DNA of 64,000 nucleotides from a virus (taxonomy: Duplodnaviria > Caudoviricetes): IMG/VR virus record IMGVR_UViG_3300028833_000058, one strand, 5' to 3'. Position numbers and translations under genes: made by a program. Shown one piece after another: positions 48,109 to 57,787 of this stretch. Each line of letters starts with the position of its first letter. The first letter of the stretch is position 1. Below the pieces are notes generated by a model. That model searched no databases, was not told the origin of the DNA, and worked only from the letters and a program-made list of their open reading frames with translations.

Positions 48109-50427
48109 ATGTCAACTTTACAATATAACGGAAATGAATATAACATTTTATACATTGACGGTAACATAGGTGCTAGTGCTGGAGATGGTTCTACGCCAGC
48201 TGGAGCTTTAGCCACAATACCAAGTCCTTTAGTAGATAAAACTTGTTATATCATAAGACGACATGGAACAGATGAAACAGTTAATGTAGACATGCCACAG
48301 TCTTGGTATGAAGATTTGAAATACATAATGTTCCTTGGATTCCCTAAAGCTGATGACCCAATGTATAATCTTATGGAACCAAGTGCTAAAGCTGCTTGGA
48401 GTTCTGATACTGGTACTTATGCTAGAATAAGATGTAACATGGCAAGTTATACGACAAATAACACAAGTGTTACAGCGATGAATGATACAAACAATAAAAC
48501 AGTCTTCAAGACAAGTTCTATTCGTAATTTTTATTCTGCTAACTGTTATTTTTATAGAGATGGTGAAGGTGGAAACGTAGGAGGTGACGGAAGAGGAACT
48601 GATTATATTTTTGGCTTTGACTATAGTTCAAGATTTGCTGACATTACTTTTAACAATTGTAAATTTGGTTATGCCCAATATAACCTTGAAAATGATGATT
48701 ATATTAACAACAACTCTGATATTGCTACAGATACCAGTAAATATCCTCAACACAAATGTTGTGCTTATGTTGGTATAAACAATTGTAATACAATATGTTT
48801 TAACAACTGTGTTATAAACCATGTATATCTAAACGCTAATACTTATTATAGAAGTAATTGGAGCTCTGGTGCTGGAAAGGTCATATACATAAGTAACGCA
48901 AACAAAACAATTTTTTCAAATATACAGTATAACATATTGTACAGAAACAATTATGATAACACAAACGCTGATTATCAATATTACGCAACACGTATATATG
49001 TAACTGGTGACAGAAGTAGAGTGAATTTTACAAACATTAAGTTGAACAAAATTTATACTAGTACAAACTCAGTTGTTAGCACAGGAGCTATATATGTTTT
49101 TGGGTACGATGTGAAATTCGATGATGTAAAAGTTAATCAAAAAATCATGGGTGGTGGAACTTTAAGTTCTTGGACAAGTATAATGGCTAACGACAAATAT
49201 TTTCACATCGATGGAAGAAACTCTTTAGAAGCAACAAACTTTTATTGTAATCTTTCTCAAAGTAATTTGAAAATGGCACCAGTCCTTGGACTTTGGACTC
49301 AAATGGCTAACACTGGTAATCCAAATAATAAAGTTCAAAACATTTACATACATTTAGACGATGCTGGTTCATTGACCCAAACCTATGCTGCATTTCATTT
49401 TGAAATATATAGAGGAAAATGGAATACAAGTGGTATAGAAAATGTTGATGGTAACAGTAGTTGGGATACTGGTTATGAAGGTAATCAACAAACTAATGCT
49501 AAAGCTTTCATAGCCACAAATGTCGCTGTTTATACTAAAAATAGTACAGATTATGGTATTTATTTAGTAAGAACTGGAGCAAAGGTAAATAGATTAGAGG
49601 GAAGAGCATATCTTGGTTCTGCTACAATGGATGTAAAGAAACATTATGTACATATTTCTACTAGTAGAGGTCTTAATGTTTATGGTGATAGTTATTATAA
49701 ATGTGATGATTTTGAAGCCAATTTAAACTATCCTAATTATAATGGTACGGTCCTCGTAACATGGCAACCACAAAGTAAAACATCTATATACATAAATAAG
49801 TCAAATTGTCTTTTGACAGATGAAAACTTTATAACACCAATTTATAATGCCAGTTCAAATAACTCTTTTGTTTGTCCGAACTATATTAAAACTGGTCAAT
49901 TTTTCCAAAGAAATGAGGTATGTTTTGCTAAATCTTGGAATACTGTAAGAACTGGTTCAAACTCTCAAGGTTCTTTAAGGTTTAACAACAATTCAGCTGA
50001 TATTAATAATAATTCTTATCCTTTGATTGTAGGACAAGACCCTTATTCTGGTATTCAAATTGTACCTGCTTCTACTGGTAAAAAGATATTAACAGCTTAT
50101 ATTGCCACAAAGAACATGGATGCTACTGAATTTGGATACACAGGAAGAATTGGTATACACGTAAACTGTCCAGAAAAATATACAGATTATTTTGACGTAG
50201 AAAAACAGAATATAAAAATTCATGAATTTACATCAGAAGCTAACGGTTGGCAATCTGATAACTCAACTTGGTCTGGTGACACTAACTTAAATACCTTCAA
50301 ATGTGAAATACCAATCGAAGTATTTACATTAGAAGAACCAATTGACGTTAAAATTTGGTTTAACTGGTATTCTGTTTCTGGTTACGTATATGTTGACCCA
50401 GATTTTAAAGTTGTTGATGTAACATAA
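48109..50427 (+). CDS. putative tailspike/beta-helix-like virion protein
   Basis: 772 aa, N/Y/T-rich, FNNC repeats, variant motif AGTTCAA at 48061. Confidence 0.55.
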   Translation: MSTLQYNGNEYNILYIDGNIGASAGDGSTPAGALATIPSPLVDKTCYIIRRHGTDETVNVDMPQSWYEDLKYIMFLGFPKADDPMYNLMEPSAKAAWSSDTGTYARIRCNMASYTTNNTSVTAMNDTNNKTVFKTSSIRNFYSANCYFYRDGEGGNVGGDGRGTDYIFGFDYSSRFADITFNNCKFGYAQYNLENDDYINNNSDIATDTSKYPQHKCCAYVGINNCNTICFNNCVINHVYLNANTYYRSNWSSGAGKVIYISNANKTIFSNIQYNILYRNNYDNTNADYQYYATRIYVTGDRSRVNFTNIKLNKIYTSTNSVVSTGAIYVFGYDVKFDDVKVNQKIMGGGTLSSWTSIMANDKYFHIDGRNSLEATNFYCNLSQSNLKMAPVLGLWTQMANTGNPNNKVQNIYIHLDDAGSLTQTYAAFHFEIYRGKWNTSGIENVDGNSSWDTGYEGNQQTNAKAFIATNVAVYTKNSTDYGIYLVRTGAKVNRLEGRAYLGSATMDVKKHYVHISTSRGLNVYGDSYYKCDDFEANLNYPNYNGTVLVTWQPQSKTSIYINKSNCLLTDENFITPIYNASSNNSFVCPNYIKTGQFFQRNEVCFAKSWNTVRTGSNSQGSLRFNNNSADINNNSYPLIVGQDPYSGIQIVPASTGKKILTAYIATKNMDATEFGYTGRIGIHVNCPEKYTDYFDVEKQNIKIHEFTSEANGWQSDNSTWSGDTNLNTFKCEIPIEVFTLEEPIDVKIWFNWYSVSGYVYVDPDFKVVDVT

Positions 50428-50458
50428 TTACATTACAAATCATTTTAATAAAATTATA

Positions 50459-50465
50459 AGTTCTA
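50459..50465 (+). promoter_or_regulatory. late-promoter motif AGTTCTA (lysis cassette)
   Basis: Upstream of holin leader. Confidence 0.7.
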
Positions 50466-50589
50466 ATTGATATACAACCACTAACAGTTGTATATAGTTT
50501 GTAAATTCTTATCCTAAAAAGGATAATTAAGTTATAGATTATAAGTAATTGGTTTTAAACATATTTATTCCTTCTGAGGATATGAGTTT

Positions 50590-50901
50590 ATGATAAACGA
50601 TTTGAAAATAATAATATTTATGATGGTAATGGCCGTTGTGTCTTCACTTGTCCGCATGAAAAATTATACTACTTACAAACTAAAGAACTTTTTTACCGAC
50701 AGTATACTTGGTTTTGTCATGGGCTATTCTTGCTATCTATTGTTAAGTCAGTGGATTACGGATGGCGCAACTAGAGCGGGTTTTACAGGAATGGTTGTTC
50801 TTTGGAGTAGACCTATTTACGATTGGGTTGAACAATTTATTACAAAAGAATTAACTAAAGTTATTACTAAAAAAATAGTTGATAAAAAATCAGACGAATA
50901 A
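50590..50901 (+). CDS. holin
   Basis: 103 aa, three hydrophobic segments, charged C-terminus, next to spanins. Confidence 0.75.
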   Translation: MINDLKIIIFMMVMAVVSSLVRMKNYTTYKLKNFFTDSILGFVMGYSCYLLLSQWITDGATRAGFTGMVVLWSRPIYDWVEQFITKELTKVITKKIVDKKSDE

Positions 50902-50922
50902 GTTTGTAGAAGGAGAGGGTAG

Positions 50923-51237
50923 ATGACAAAGAAAATAACAGCAATATTTATTTTAATCATTGTTGTTACCTGTATTTTATTCTTTTTCCTATGGAGATAT
51001 ACGGCAAATTCTTTAAAAAATACTAAAATACAATTAGAAAACGCTCAAGCTACAATAATCAGTTTAAACGCAGATAATGAAAAATTAATCGAATTTATTA
51101 CTAAAAAAGACAATACTATAAAAGAATTAGAAAAGAAATACACAGAAGCCTTAGATAACATACCAACTGACCAATGTGGTGACGCTAAACCGTCTAAAGA
51201 ATTGTTAACTTATTTTAAAAAGGCTTACAATCAATGA
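50923..51237 (+). CDS. inner-membrane spanin (Rz-like)
   Basis: Basic N-terminus, one TM helix, coiled coil, C-terminal Cys. Confidence 0.8.
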   Translation: MTKKITAIFILIIVVTCILFFFLWRYTANSLKNTKIQLENAQATIISLNADNEKLIEFITKKDNTIKELEKKYTEALDNIPTDQCGDAKPSKELLTYFKKAYNQ

Positions 51238-51479
51238 GTAAAAACGTTTATATACTTATATTCTGGATTATAATTATACTTTTAGCACTTAATGGTTGCA
51301 CGCATGCGAAACCAACAGTTATTCAAACAAATAAGTTTATACAAACAGATTATGATTACGGTTGTTTAAAAGGTGATAAAACATTCTCTGAGATAATAAT
51401 TTGCTATCAGACACAAGATAAGGCAGAAAAAGCCCAAAATTCTATCACCAATGCGCTAATTAACAAAGAAACGAAATAG
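51234..51479 (+). CDS. outer-membrane spanin lipoprotein (Rz1-like)
   Basis: Signal peptide with lipobox LNGC; overlaps i-spanin by 4 nt. Confidence 0.8.
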   Translation: MSKNVYILIFWIIIILLALNGCTHAKPTVIQTNKFIQTDYDYGCLKGDKTFSEIIICYQTQDKAEKAQNSITNALINKETK

Positions 51480-51498
51480 TATTCATTTTTTAAGATTC

Positions 51499-51532
51499 AA
51501 CCACTGTATGACAAAAATACAGTGGTTTTTTT
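51499..51532 (+). terminator. intrinsic terminator of lysis operon
   Basis: AACCACTGTAT/ATACAGTGGTT plus T-run. Confidence 0.85.
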
Positions 51533-51537
51533 ATGTA

Positions 51538-51573
51538 TAAAAGAATACCTCCTCTTTTTATCGAGGAGGTATT
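51538..51573 (-). terminator. intrinsic terminator of sheath gene
   Basis: AATACCTCCTC/GAGGAGGTATT perfect 11-bp stem. Confidence 0.8.
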
Positions 51574-51603
51574 GGTAGGATTTATAAAATGTCAAGTCAA
51601 TAC

Positions 51604-53592
51604 TTATTGTTGGCTAGAAGTTGTAACACTAACTGTTGTACCAGTAGCCATTACGTAAGTATTAAGATGAATAACTTCTGCAGTATAGCTTGGCCAAATG
51701 TAAATATCAATTACCATTTGGTTACTATTGATTATTGTAGGAGTGTTATTCGTTTCATCACATACAACCTTATATTGTTGAATACCTTCGGCAGCAAGAA
51801 TTTGTTGCAAGAATGTACCGAACTGCATTTCAACTTGAAGTCTCTCGTAAGCTGTATTATTTTCAAACAAGTGAAATCTTGCAGCGTCACGAAGAACTGT
51901 TTCAATGTAAATAATTGTACGAGCTACATTGATACGGTCTAAAGCAGATGGCTTTCTTTGTAAAGTCCTTTGACCCCAGTTAATATAACCAGTACCATTT
52001 TCTCTAATAATACAGTTAATTTGATTATCTGCATAGAGGATACCACCAGTTGTGATATCATAATATTCTGTCAATCCAGTAGGAGATACAACAGATGATG
52101 TTAATATACCACGGTTTAAACCAGCAGGAGCAACCCATGGGTCAGAAGCACCCATAATTTTAGCTACATAAGCTGATGGACACATGATAAAGTTTGCACG
52201 ACCTTGAACAGCATCAAATGTTCTTACCCATGGAGAGAATAAAGCTGCACGATAAGAATTAGATGTTTGCATTGTAGGTCTGAAATCATCTTTCAAATCT
52301 TCAAAATCTGTCATTGTCATCGGAACATCTAACAAGCAGAAGCAGTCACGGCGATGCTCAGCGATAGCAATCATTTTATCTTGATAACTTGTATTACCAG
52401 CTGTAACATAACCACTGTTCATAAGCAATGAAACAGTAATTTGTGAGCGGTCCATGAAAGCATCCCAAGCAGCAACTAAATCTTTATATTTAGCTTCTTC
52501 TGATTCCCAAGTACCACTTTGACCACCAACCAAAGGTAACATACTAACATTCTCTGGAATAGCAACTTCATCAGGGAAAGCATCGTCATACATTTTATCA
52601 TTAACGAAAACTTGAATGAAGTTTGAAGTACCATTGATTACATCTTCAACGTACATTGAGTTACCATAGTTATCAATAGATGGATACAATGTACAATATT
52701 CAAAGAATTCTAGCAAGTTGTTTGAATTACTTTCGTATACAGATACACTAAATGTTGTTTCATTGTCATCTGGATAACGACCAATTCTTTGCTTATTAAC
52801 AGATTCTGTGAAATCATATTCACCATCTATGTAATATGTAATGACTGTATATCCAGTATTTTCTTCAACATCAACTGAATAAGCTTTGAAGATACCGTTT
52901 AAAGCATGGTTAGAACAATTTTTAATAACGATAGGGTCAGATGCTTTAATTTCAAGTGCAGCACTTTCTGCAACTACCATTTTAACAACTGATTGAGCTA
53001 AACCACTTGTACTTTCTTCGTTAGTATTGACAGGTTTAACTTCTATACTATTTAATAATGGATATGCTCTATAAGTATTAATTGTACTATCTGCCACAGA
53101 TACATAAAATTGACGATAGTTCGGGTCTGTAGCAGCTACAACAAATGCATTGTCATAATCATCATCTAAGAATAATCCTGTCGGAGAGCCAACATCACGT
53201 AATACTTCAGCACCGTGTATAATGTTATAGGAATATCCTTTTTCTAATCTTTCAGCTTCAGAACCTTTAACTCTTACACTATTTGATGCCCATTTAGCAT
53301 CTGTGTCTGATGGATTAGAAGGGTCTCCAATAGGAACAACACGAACGAAGTAGTTTTCATTGATTGTTTCTGAAGCTACTGCTAATGAATAACCAGCGTA
53401 ACCATATTTTGAAGACAATCTACCGAATTTTTGTGTATAGTCTTGAGCAGAAGTAACCAACGTAGGTTTTAAGATAGGACCGAATTCAGCTTCACCAACG
53501 AATGCGCAAGCAGTAGTAGCGTTGGTAGATACAATTTCGGAACGGTCTATTACATTTGCGTAGACTCCTGGAAATTTATAATTTGTTGCCAT
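51604..53592 (-). CDS. contractile tail sheath protein
   Basis: FPGVY..D.S, GEAEFGP, PWVAPAGLNRG, NWGQRTL, RINVAR, FENN, VVCDETNNT. Confidence 0.95.
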   Translation of the reverse strand: MATNYKFPGVYANVIDRSEIVSTNATTACAFVGEAEFGPILKPTLVTSAQDYTQKFGRLSSKYGYAGYSLAVASETINENYFVRVVPIGDPSNPSDTDAKWASNSVRVKGSEAERLEKGYSYNIIHGAEVLRDVGSPTGLFLDDDYDNAFVVAATDPNYRQFYVSVADSTINTYRAYPLLNSIEVKPVNTNEESTSGLAQSVVKMVVAESAALEIKASDPIVIKNCSNHALNGIFKAYSVDVEENTGYTVITYYIDGEYDFTESVNKQRIGRYPDDNETTFSVSVYESNSNNLLEFFEYCTLYPSIDNYGNSMYVEDVINGTSNFIQVFVNDKMYDDAFPDEVAIPENVSMLPLVGGQSGTWESEEAKYKDLVAAWDAFMDRSQITVSLLMNSGYVTAGNTSYQDKMIAIAEHRRDCFCLLDVPMTMTDFEDLKDDFRPTMQTSNSYRAALFSPWVRTFDAVQGRANFIMCPSAYVAKIMGASDPWVAPAGLNRGILTSSVVSPTGLTEYYDITTGGILYADNQINCIIRENGTGYINWGQRTLQRKPSALDRINVARTIIYIETVLRDAARFHLFENNTAYERLQVEMQFGTFLQQILAAEGIQQYKVVCDETNNTPTIINSNQMVIDIYIWPSYTAEVIHLNTYVMATGTTVSVTTSSQQ

Positions 53593-53628
53593 TTTAAAAT
53601 CCTTTAATTTTCTTTTTATCTATGAAAT

Positions 53629-53705
53629 TAGAACTTTAAAAACTAACGAATAAAACAGTCACATCACTTATCCAATAGTAAATTGTTCTAATAAATTATA
53701 GAACT
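53629..53705 (-). promoter_or_regulatory. two late-promoter motifs (AGTTCTA) upstream of sheath
   Basis: TAGAACT at 53629 and 53699. Confidence 0.7.
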
Positions 53706-53754
53706 TATTAGATTAAAAAGTATTTTTAGGATTAAACTTGTTAGTAATTACAAA

Positions 53755-54642
53755 TTAGGCTTCATATTTAGATTTGTCTGGAAACATTCTATACAAAAAT
53801 GCGTTTAGCTTAGGATATCTTATATCATCATCTACAACATTGTCAAACACAGATATAAAACTCTCATGTAAAAACATATTCAATAAATCATAATTTAATC
53901 TAAGTTTTGTATCAGAAAATTGTTTTGGAGCAGGTAAATCTATATCTGGATAAAGATTCTTGTAAATACTTCTTTTGTGAAAACACTTCGTTGTATTTAC
54001 AATTTCTGTTATCTCTGGTATCTCAAGCATCTCTAAGAATTTTTTCTTATTTATAACCATTGGCCCGTGAAATTCATAATTGTAACGATTTTTACAATTT
54101 AATTTGTCTAACAATTCTTTAGCGTACAGAAATCCATATTGCCATTTTGAAGGTTGTGCTTTGTTTACATATTTAGAAGCTTCTTGGTCTATTGTATTTA
54201 AACAAAGGTTAAATGACTTTCTCCAATCAACTATGTTCTTAATCATGAAAAAATCATCGTTCATTAGAACAAAGTCTTCTGATATATCTGGACAATTGCA
54301 AGCAGCAATTATATTAGTCATGGAGTTGTTCCATTTATTTCCATTTTGAATAGTAGGTATATATTCTACATTCTTCACCCAATTAGGCTTATATCCAACT
54401 ATCCAGATATTTCTATAGTTACAAAATCTTTCAACAGAACGTAAAGAAAATTTTAAATCAGGATTTAAATCACTTTGTTTTACTATATAAACCAAATCAT
54501 ATTTACAATCTGGTTCATAAGTTTCTTTCATAACCTTTTTGTTATTTAAATAATTCACAGCTAACCTAGGTAAAGCTATTTGGTTATACCTTTTCATTTT
54601 TGATGGGCTTACCCCAGTCAGTTGAGTATTATTTCCCTCCAT
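53755..54642 (-). CDS. Stealth-like glycosyl(phospho)transferase
   Basis: DLVY, LKFSLRSV, IWIVG.KP.W, FVLMNDDFF, YEFHGP, FPDKSKYE. Confidence 0.7.
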   Translation of the reverse strand: MEGNNTQLTGVSPSKMKRYNQIALPRLAVNYLNNKKVMKETYEPDCKYDLVYIVKQSDLNPDLKFSLRSVERFCNYRNIWIVGYKPNWVKNVEYIPTIQNGNKWNNSMTNIIAACNCPDISEDFVLMNDDFFMIKNIVDWRKSFNLCLNTIDQEASKYVNKAQPSKWQYGFLYAKELLDKLNCKNRYNYEFHGPMVINKKKFLEMLEIPEITEIVNTTKCFHKRSIYKNLYPDIDLPAPKQFSDTKLRLNYDLLNMFLHESFISVFDNVVDDDIRYPKLNAFLYRMFPDKSKYEA

Positions 54643-54652
54643 GACAAAATCC

Positions 54653-55183
54653 TTAATCTTTCTCTAGACCAGTGTAATTACTATGTTTATGTTTATGTAT
54701 AAATTCACTCAACTCTTGTTTCATTTTAGATGAAGACAATTTTTCATTTAAGACATCTTCAAGTGTTCTCAAGTCATCTTCATAATCAAACTTTCTTTCA
54801 GCAGCTGGATTGTTTTGGGATTTATTTATGGCATCTTCTATTGCCTTAACTTCTTCTGGCAACAATTTAAAATATTTAGCAAGTTTTTCAATTGCAGAAT
54901 CTACTTCATCTGATTGTATCTCTAATCCAGAAGAATTTATCCAACTGAATTCTTCTTCGATATCATCAAACTTTATGATTTTAGACTCTAAATCTGTTTC
55001 TGTATCTAAATCATCTACTACTTTGTAACCATGATTTTCTAATACTTTAGCTACTATTTGGGCAACGTCAGCGTAGTCATAACTTCTATCTTTTGATACA
55101 GCTTCTGTTAAAACTTCTTGAGGTAATTCTTCTTTAACTTCCTCAACACTTTCTTTGACAACTTGCTTTTTTATAAATCTCAT
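54653..55183 (-). CDS. acidic putative internal head protein
   Basis: VKES, LTEA, LNE motifs; AGTTCTA at 55216. Confidence 0.6.
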   Translation of the reverse strand: MRFIKKQVVKESVEEVKEELPQEVLTEAVSKDRSYDYADVAQIVAKVLENHGYKVVDDLDTETDLESKIIKFDDIEEEFSWINSSGLEIQSDEVDSAIEKLAKYFKLLPEEVKAIEDAINKSQNNPAAERKFDYEDDLRTLEDVLNEKLSSSKMKQELSEFIHKHKHSNYTGLEKD

Positions 55184-55234
55184 TTCATTACATCCTCATG
55201 TTGATATATAAACAATAGAACTTCTTATTTTCAT

Positions 55235-55271
55235 AAAAAAATCCCCAAAGTTGTTAAAACTAATGGGGATT
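55235..55271 (-). terminator. intrinsic terminator
   Basis: ATCCCCA/TGGGGAT stem plus minus-strand T-run. Confidence 0.7.
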
Positions 55272-55294
55272 AAAACAAAGATGTATATATTTTG

Positions 55295-56032
55295 TTATTT
55301 CATGGCAGGAAAATCTTTTTTCATACCATCTACTTTGTAGGTATTACCATCTTTTTTCAATGTAACATTGATAACTTCGAGTTTTTCTGGTAACTTCTTT
55401 TCATCTATTTGACTAACAACCCAAACTTTTTCGTCTTTTTCGTTTTGATTTTGGTCAACATGGATACCTTCTGAACCCTCACCAATTTCTTTCTTCAATG
55501 CGTTTAAAACAGCTGAAGCGTTTAGACGTGAATCAGGTACGAAATCTTGAGGACCAGCGTAATCATCACCATTTGATTCTTTTAACATACCCTCGAAAGC
55601 TTTTTTTAGACTACCTTCTACAGATTCATGTGCTATAGTCATTAGTCTTTTTTCGTCTTCATCTTCCTCTTCATCGTCATCATTAAGTTCAAGTTCATCA
55701 TCTTTAACAGAAATATCAACAATGTCAGAAGCTAAGTCATTCATTGTATCATCAATTTTACTTGCTACAGCACAAACAGCGTCACATTTTTCACCATCAC
55801 AACAAGCATCTGCTTTACCACTAAATTCTGTATCATTAGCCATCGAACCAGTATTTTCGAGGTTAGAGTGGTCTGTAATCTCTTCTTGAGCAAATTCACC
55901 AGGAGCTGTATGAGACATCCCCATTTCATCAAAACTTGTACTGTTAGAAGCAATCATGTCTTTTGAGTTTTCATGGCCCTCTTTCAACTGTTTCACAAAA
56001 ACTTCCGTTAAACGTTCTTTTAATGTTGTCAT
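55295..56032 (-). CDS. acidic putative internal head protein
   Basis: LKE, LTE, HES, LKES motifs; AGTTCTA at 56089. Confidence 0.6.
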   Translation of the reverse strand: MTTLKERLTEVFVKQLKEGHENSKDMIASNSTSFDEMGMSHTAPGEFAQEEITDHSNLENTGSMANDTEFSGKADACCDGEKCDAVCAVASKIDDTMNDLASDIVDISVKDDELELNDDDEEEDEDEKRLMTIAHESVEGSLKKAFEGMLKESNGDDYAGPQDFVPDSRLNASAVLNALKKEIGEGSEGIHVDQNQNEKDEKVWVVSQIDEKKLPEKLEVINVTLKKDGNTYKVDGMKKDFPAMK

Positions 56033-56116
56033 TTATCAAATATCCTTATCTTTGTTTTAAACATTGTTGATATTTCTATCATTTTTATTAGAACTTGTGA
56101 TTTGTGTTAAAAACCA

Positions 56117-56404
56117 CTACTTCTTATTATTAGGAACAACAAACCCAGCACATAGAGTTACTATTTTTCCATCTTTCGATTTGGCGTACAATGCACTTTT
56201 AGGTTTACCCATACGTATCCAATGTTTACATAAATTAATATGAAAATGGGAGTATGGATTGTGGGATTCCGCAAAATATCTGCAAGAACAGGTTTTCATT
56301 TTTGCGTCAATATAATGACTTTCGATGATGTTTCCAGCAATTTTTTCGGTCACAATGTAACCGATTAAATCACCATCTACTATGTTCTCAGTAACCAAAT
56401 ACAT
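56117..56404 (-). CDS. small SWIM-like zinc-binding protein
   Basis: TCSC..F...HFH; AGTTCTA at 56490. Confidence 0.55.
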   Translation of the reverse strand: MYLVTENIVDGDLIGYIVTEKIAGNIIESHYIDAKMKTCSCRYFAESHNPYSHFHINLCKHWIRMGKPKSALYAKSKDGKIVTLCAGFVVPNNKK

Positions 56405-56498
56405 TCAATACTCTTTCTAAATATTTTTCTAGAAATATATACAAATTTTTCTACAAATAAAGTTAAAAATGTTGTTTTTCCTATAAAATTAGAACTAT

Positions 56499-56527
56499 AA
56501 AAAAGGGGCTGTTTTTACACAACCCCT
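56499..56527 (-). terminator. intrinsic terminator
   Basis: Minus strand GGGTTGT/ACAGCCC stem plus T-run. Confidence 0.7.
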
Positions 56528-56549
56528 AATTTCTTTCATTTAGAAGATA

Positions 56550-57674
56550 TTAGTTGAAAAATCTCTTTGTGAAACGACCTTCAGCTTTAGCTTCTTCAAT
56601 GAAGTTATTGCAATCAACAGATTCTTTGAAAGCAGCAACATACTTACCATATTTTGTATCGTAAGCACGTACACAACCTTCCATTAAAGAATTATTGAAA
56701 GAAGAAACAACTTCACCAATGTGGCTTTCAGTCAATTTCATTTTCTCAAGACTTTCTGCTAATTTCATATAATCAGCACCAGATTTGTTTGATTCTTCGT
56801 AAGTTTTCAAAGCAGATTCCAAAGATTCACCAAAAGTAGCATCTTCTTCTGCAGAATCTTCAAAAGGTTCGCCTTCGCTATAATCTAAATCAGAATCCAT
56901 CAATCCAGCAGGTTCACTATTGAAATTGTCCATAGCTTCTACATTTTCAAATGAATTTTCAGGATATAAGTAACCTTCGTTAGATTCTGTATTATAAGAA
57001 CCCATAACTTCACCAGCTTCAGTCAAAGCAATTTCACGAACACCAGGTTGGATAGAACCTTTAAGTTCAGAAACACGATTTGCAAAATTAGCATAGTTGT
57101 CGAAACTTTCTTTCATAACACCAGGAACTTTGATAGCGAACATGTTTAAAGAACCATCTGCTTCTTCGTCAACTAAGATTGATTCACAAGTGTAACATTT
57201 TTCTGGGTTCATACGATTCTTACTGAATTTAGCAAACTTATCTTCTACAGATTCATTTTCAGCTTTAACCATCGGAACTTCAACTGAATCAGCTTCTTCA
57301 CCATCTTCAGCAGGTTCAGCATCAGCCAAGTCATCAACAACTTGGTCCATATCTTCACCATCTCCAAGAGCGTCTAATGCAGAACGGTCTACGAATTCAA
57401 CATCACTCAATTCGTCAGCGTTTACAACGACATCAGCAATCTTCTTTGCCAAATCAGCATCAGAAATAATAACAACAGCAGCGTTACCTTTTAAAGCCAT
57501 ATCGCCTTCATCTGTTGCACCAATTTCCATAGAATCACCAGCTTCGAACTCTGCATCACCTTCTTCTGTTTCCAGAATAAGTTTACGAGTAACAATCCAG
57601 TTTTTACCTTCTTTTGCAGCTTCGGTCAATTTTTCTCTAGCCAAGCGTGCTTTTAAACGATTTGTGTATTTCAT
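56550..57674 (-). CDS. acidic putative prohead core/scaffold-like protein
   Basis: Many (L/M/F)xE(S/A/G) motifs; own promoter (57761) and terminator. Confidence 0.6.
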   Translation of the reverse strand: MKYTNRLKARLAREKLTEAAKEGKNWIVTRKLILETEEGDAEFEAGDSMEIGATDEGDMALKGNAAVVIISDADLAKKIADVVVNADELSDVEFVDRSALDALGDGEDMDQVVDDLADAEPAEDGEEADSVEVPMVKAENESVEDKFAKFSKNRMNPEKCYTCESILVDEEADGSLNMFAIKVPGVMKESFDNYANFANRVSELKGSIQPGVREIALTEAGEVMGSYNTESNEGYLYPENSFENVEAMDNFNSEPAGLMDSDLDYSEGEPFEDSAEEDATFGESLESALKTYEESNKSGADYMKLAESLEKMKLTESHIGEVVSSFNNSLMEGCVRAYDTKYGKYVAAFKESVDCNNFIEEAKAEGRFTKRFFN

Positions 57675-57787
57675 TTAAATCATCCTTTATTTATTAAAAT
57701 TATTTTTGTTTATATATAAAAACTAGATTGTGTTAAAAATTAAAACTTGAATATAACATATAGAACTGTTTATTTTTACAGTTTATC

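Noticed and set aside
35626-50427. Diversity-generating retroelement or invertible fibre cassette
   Set aside because: No reverse transcriptase or recombinase in the window, and no near-identical TR/VR pair differing at adenines was seen
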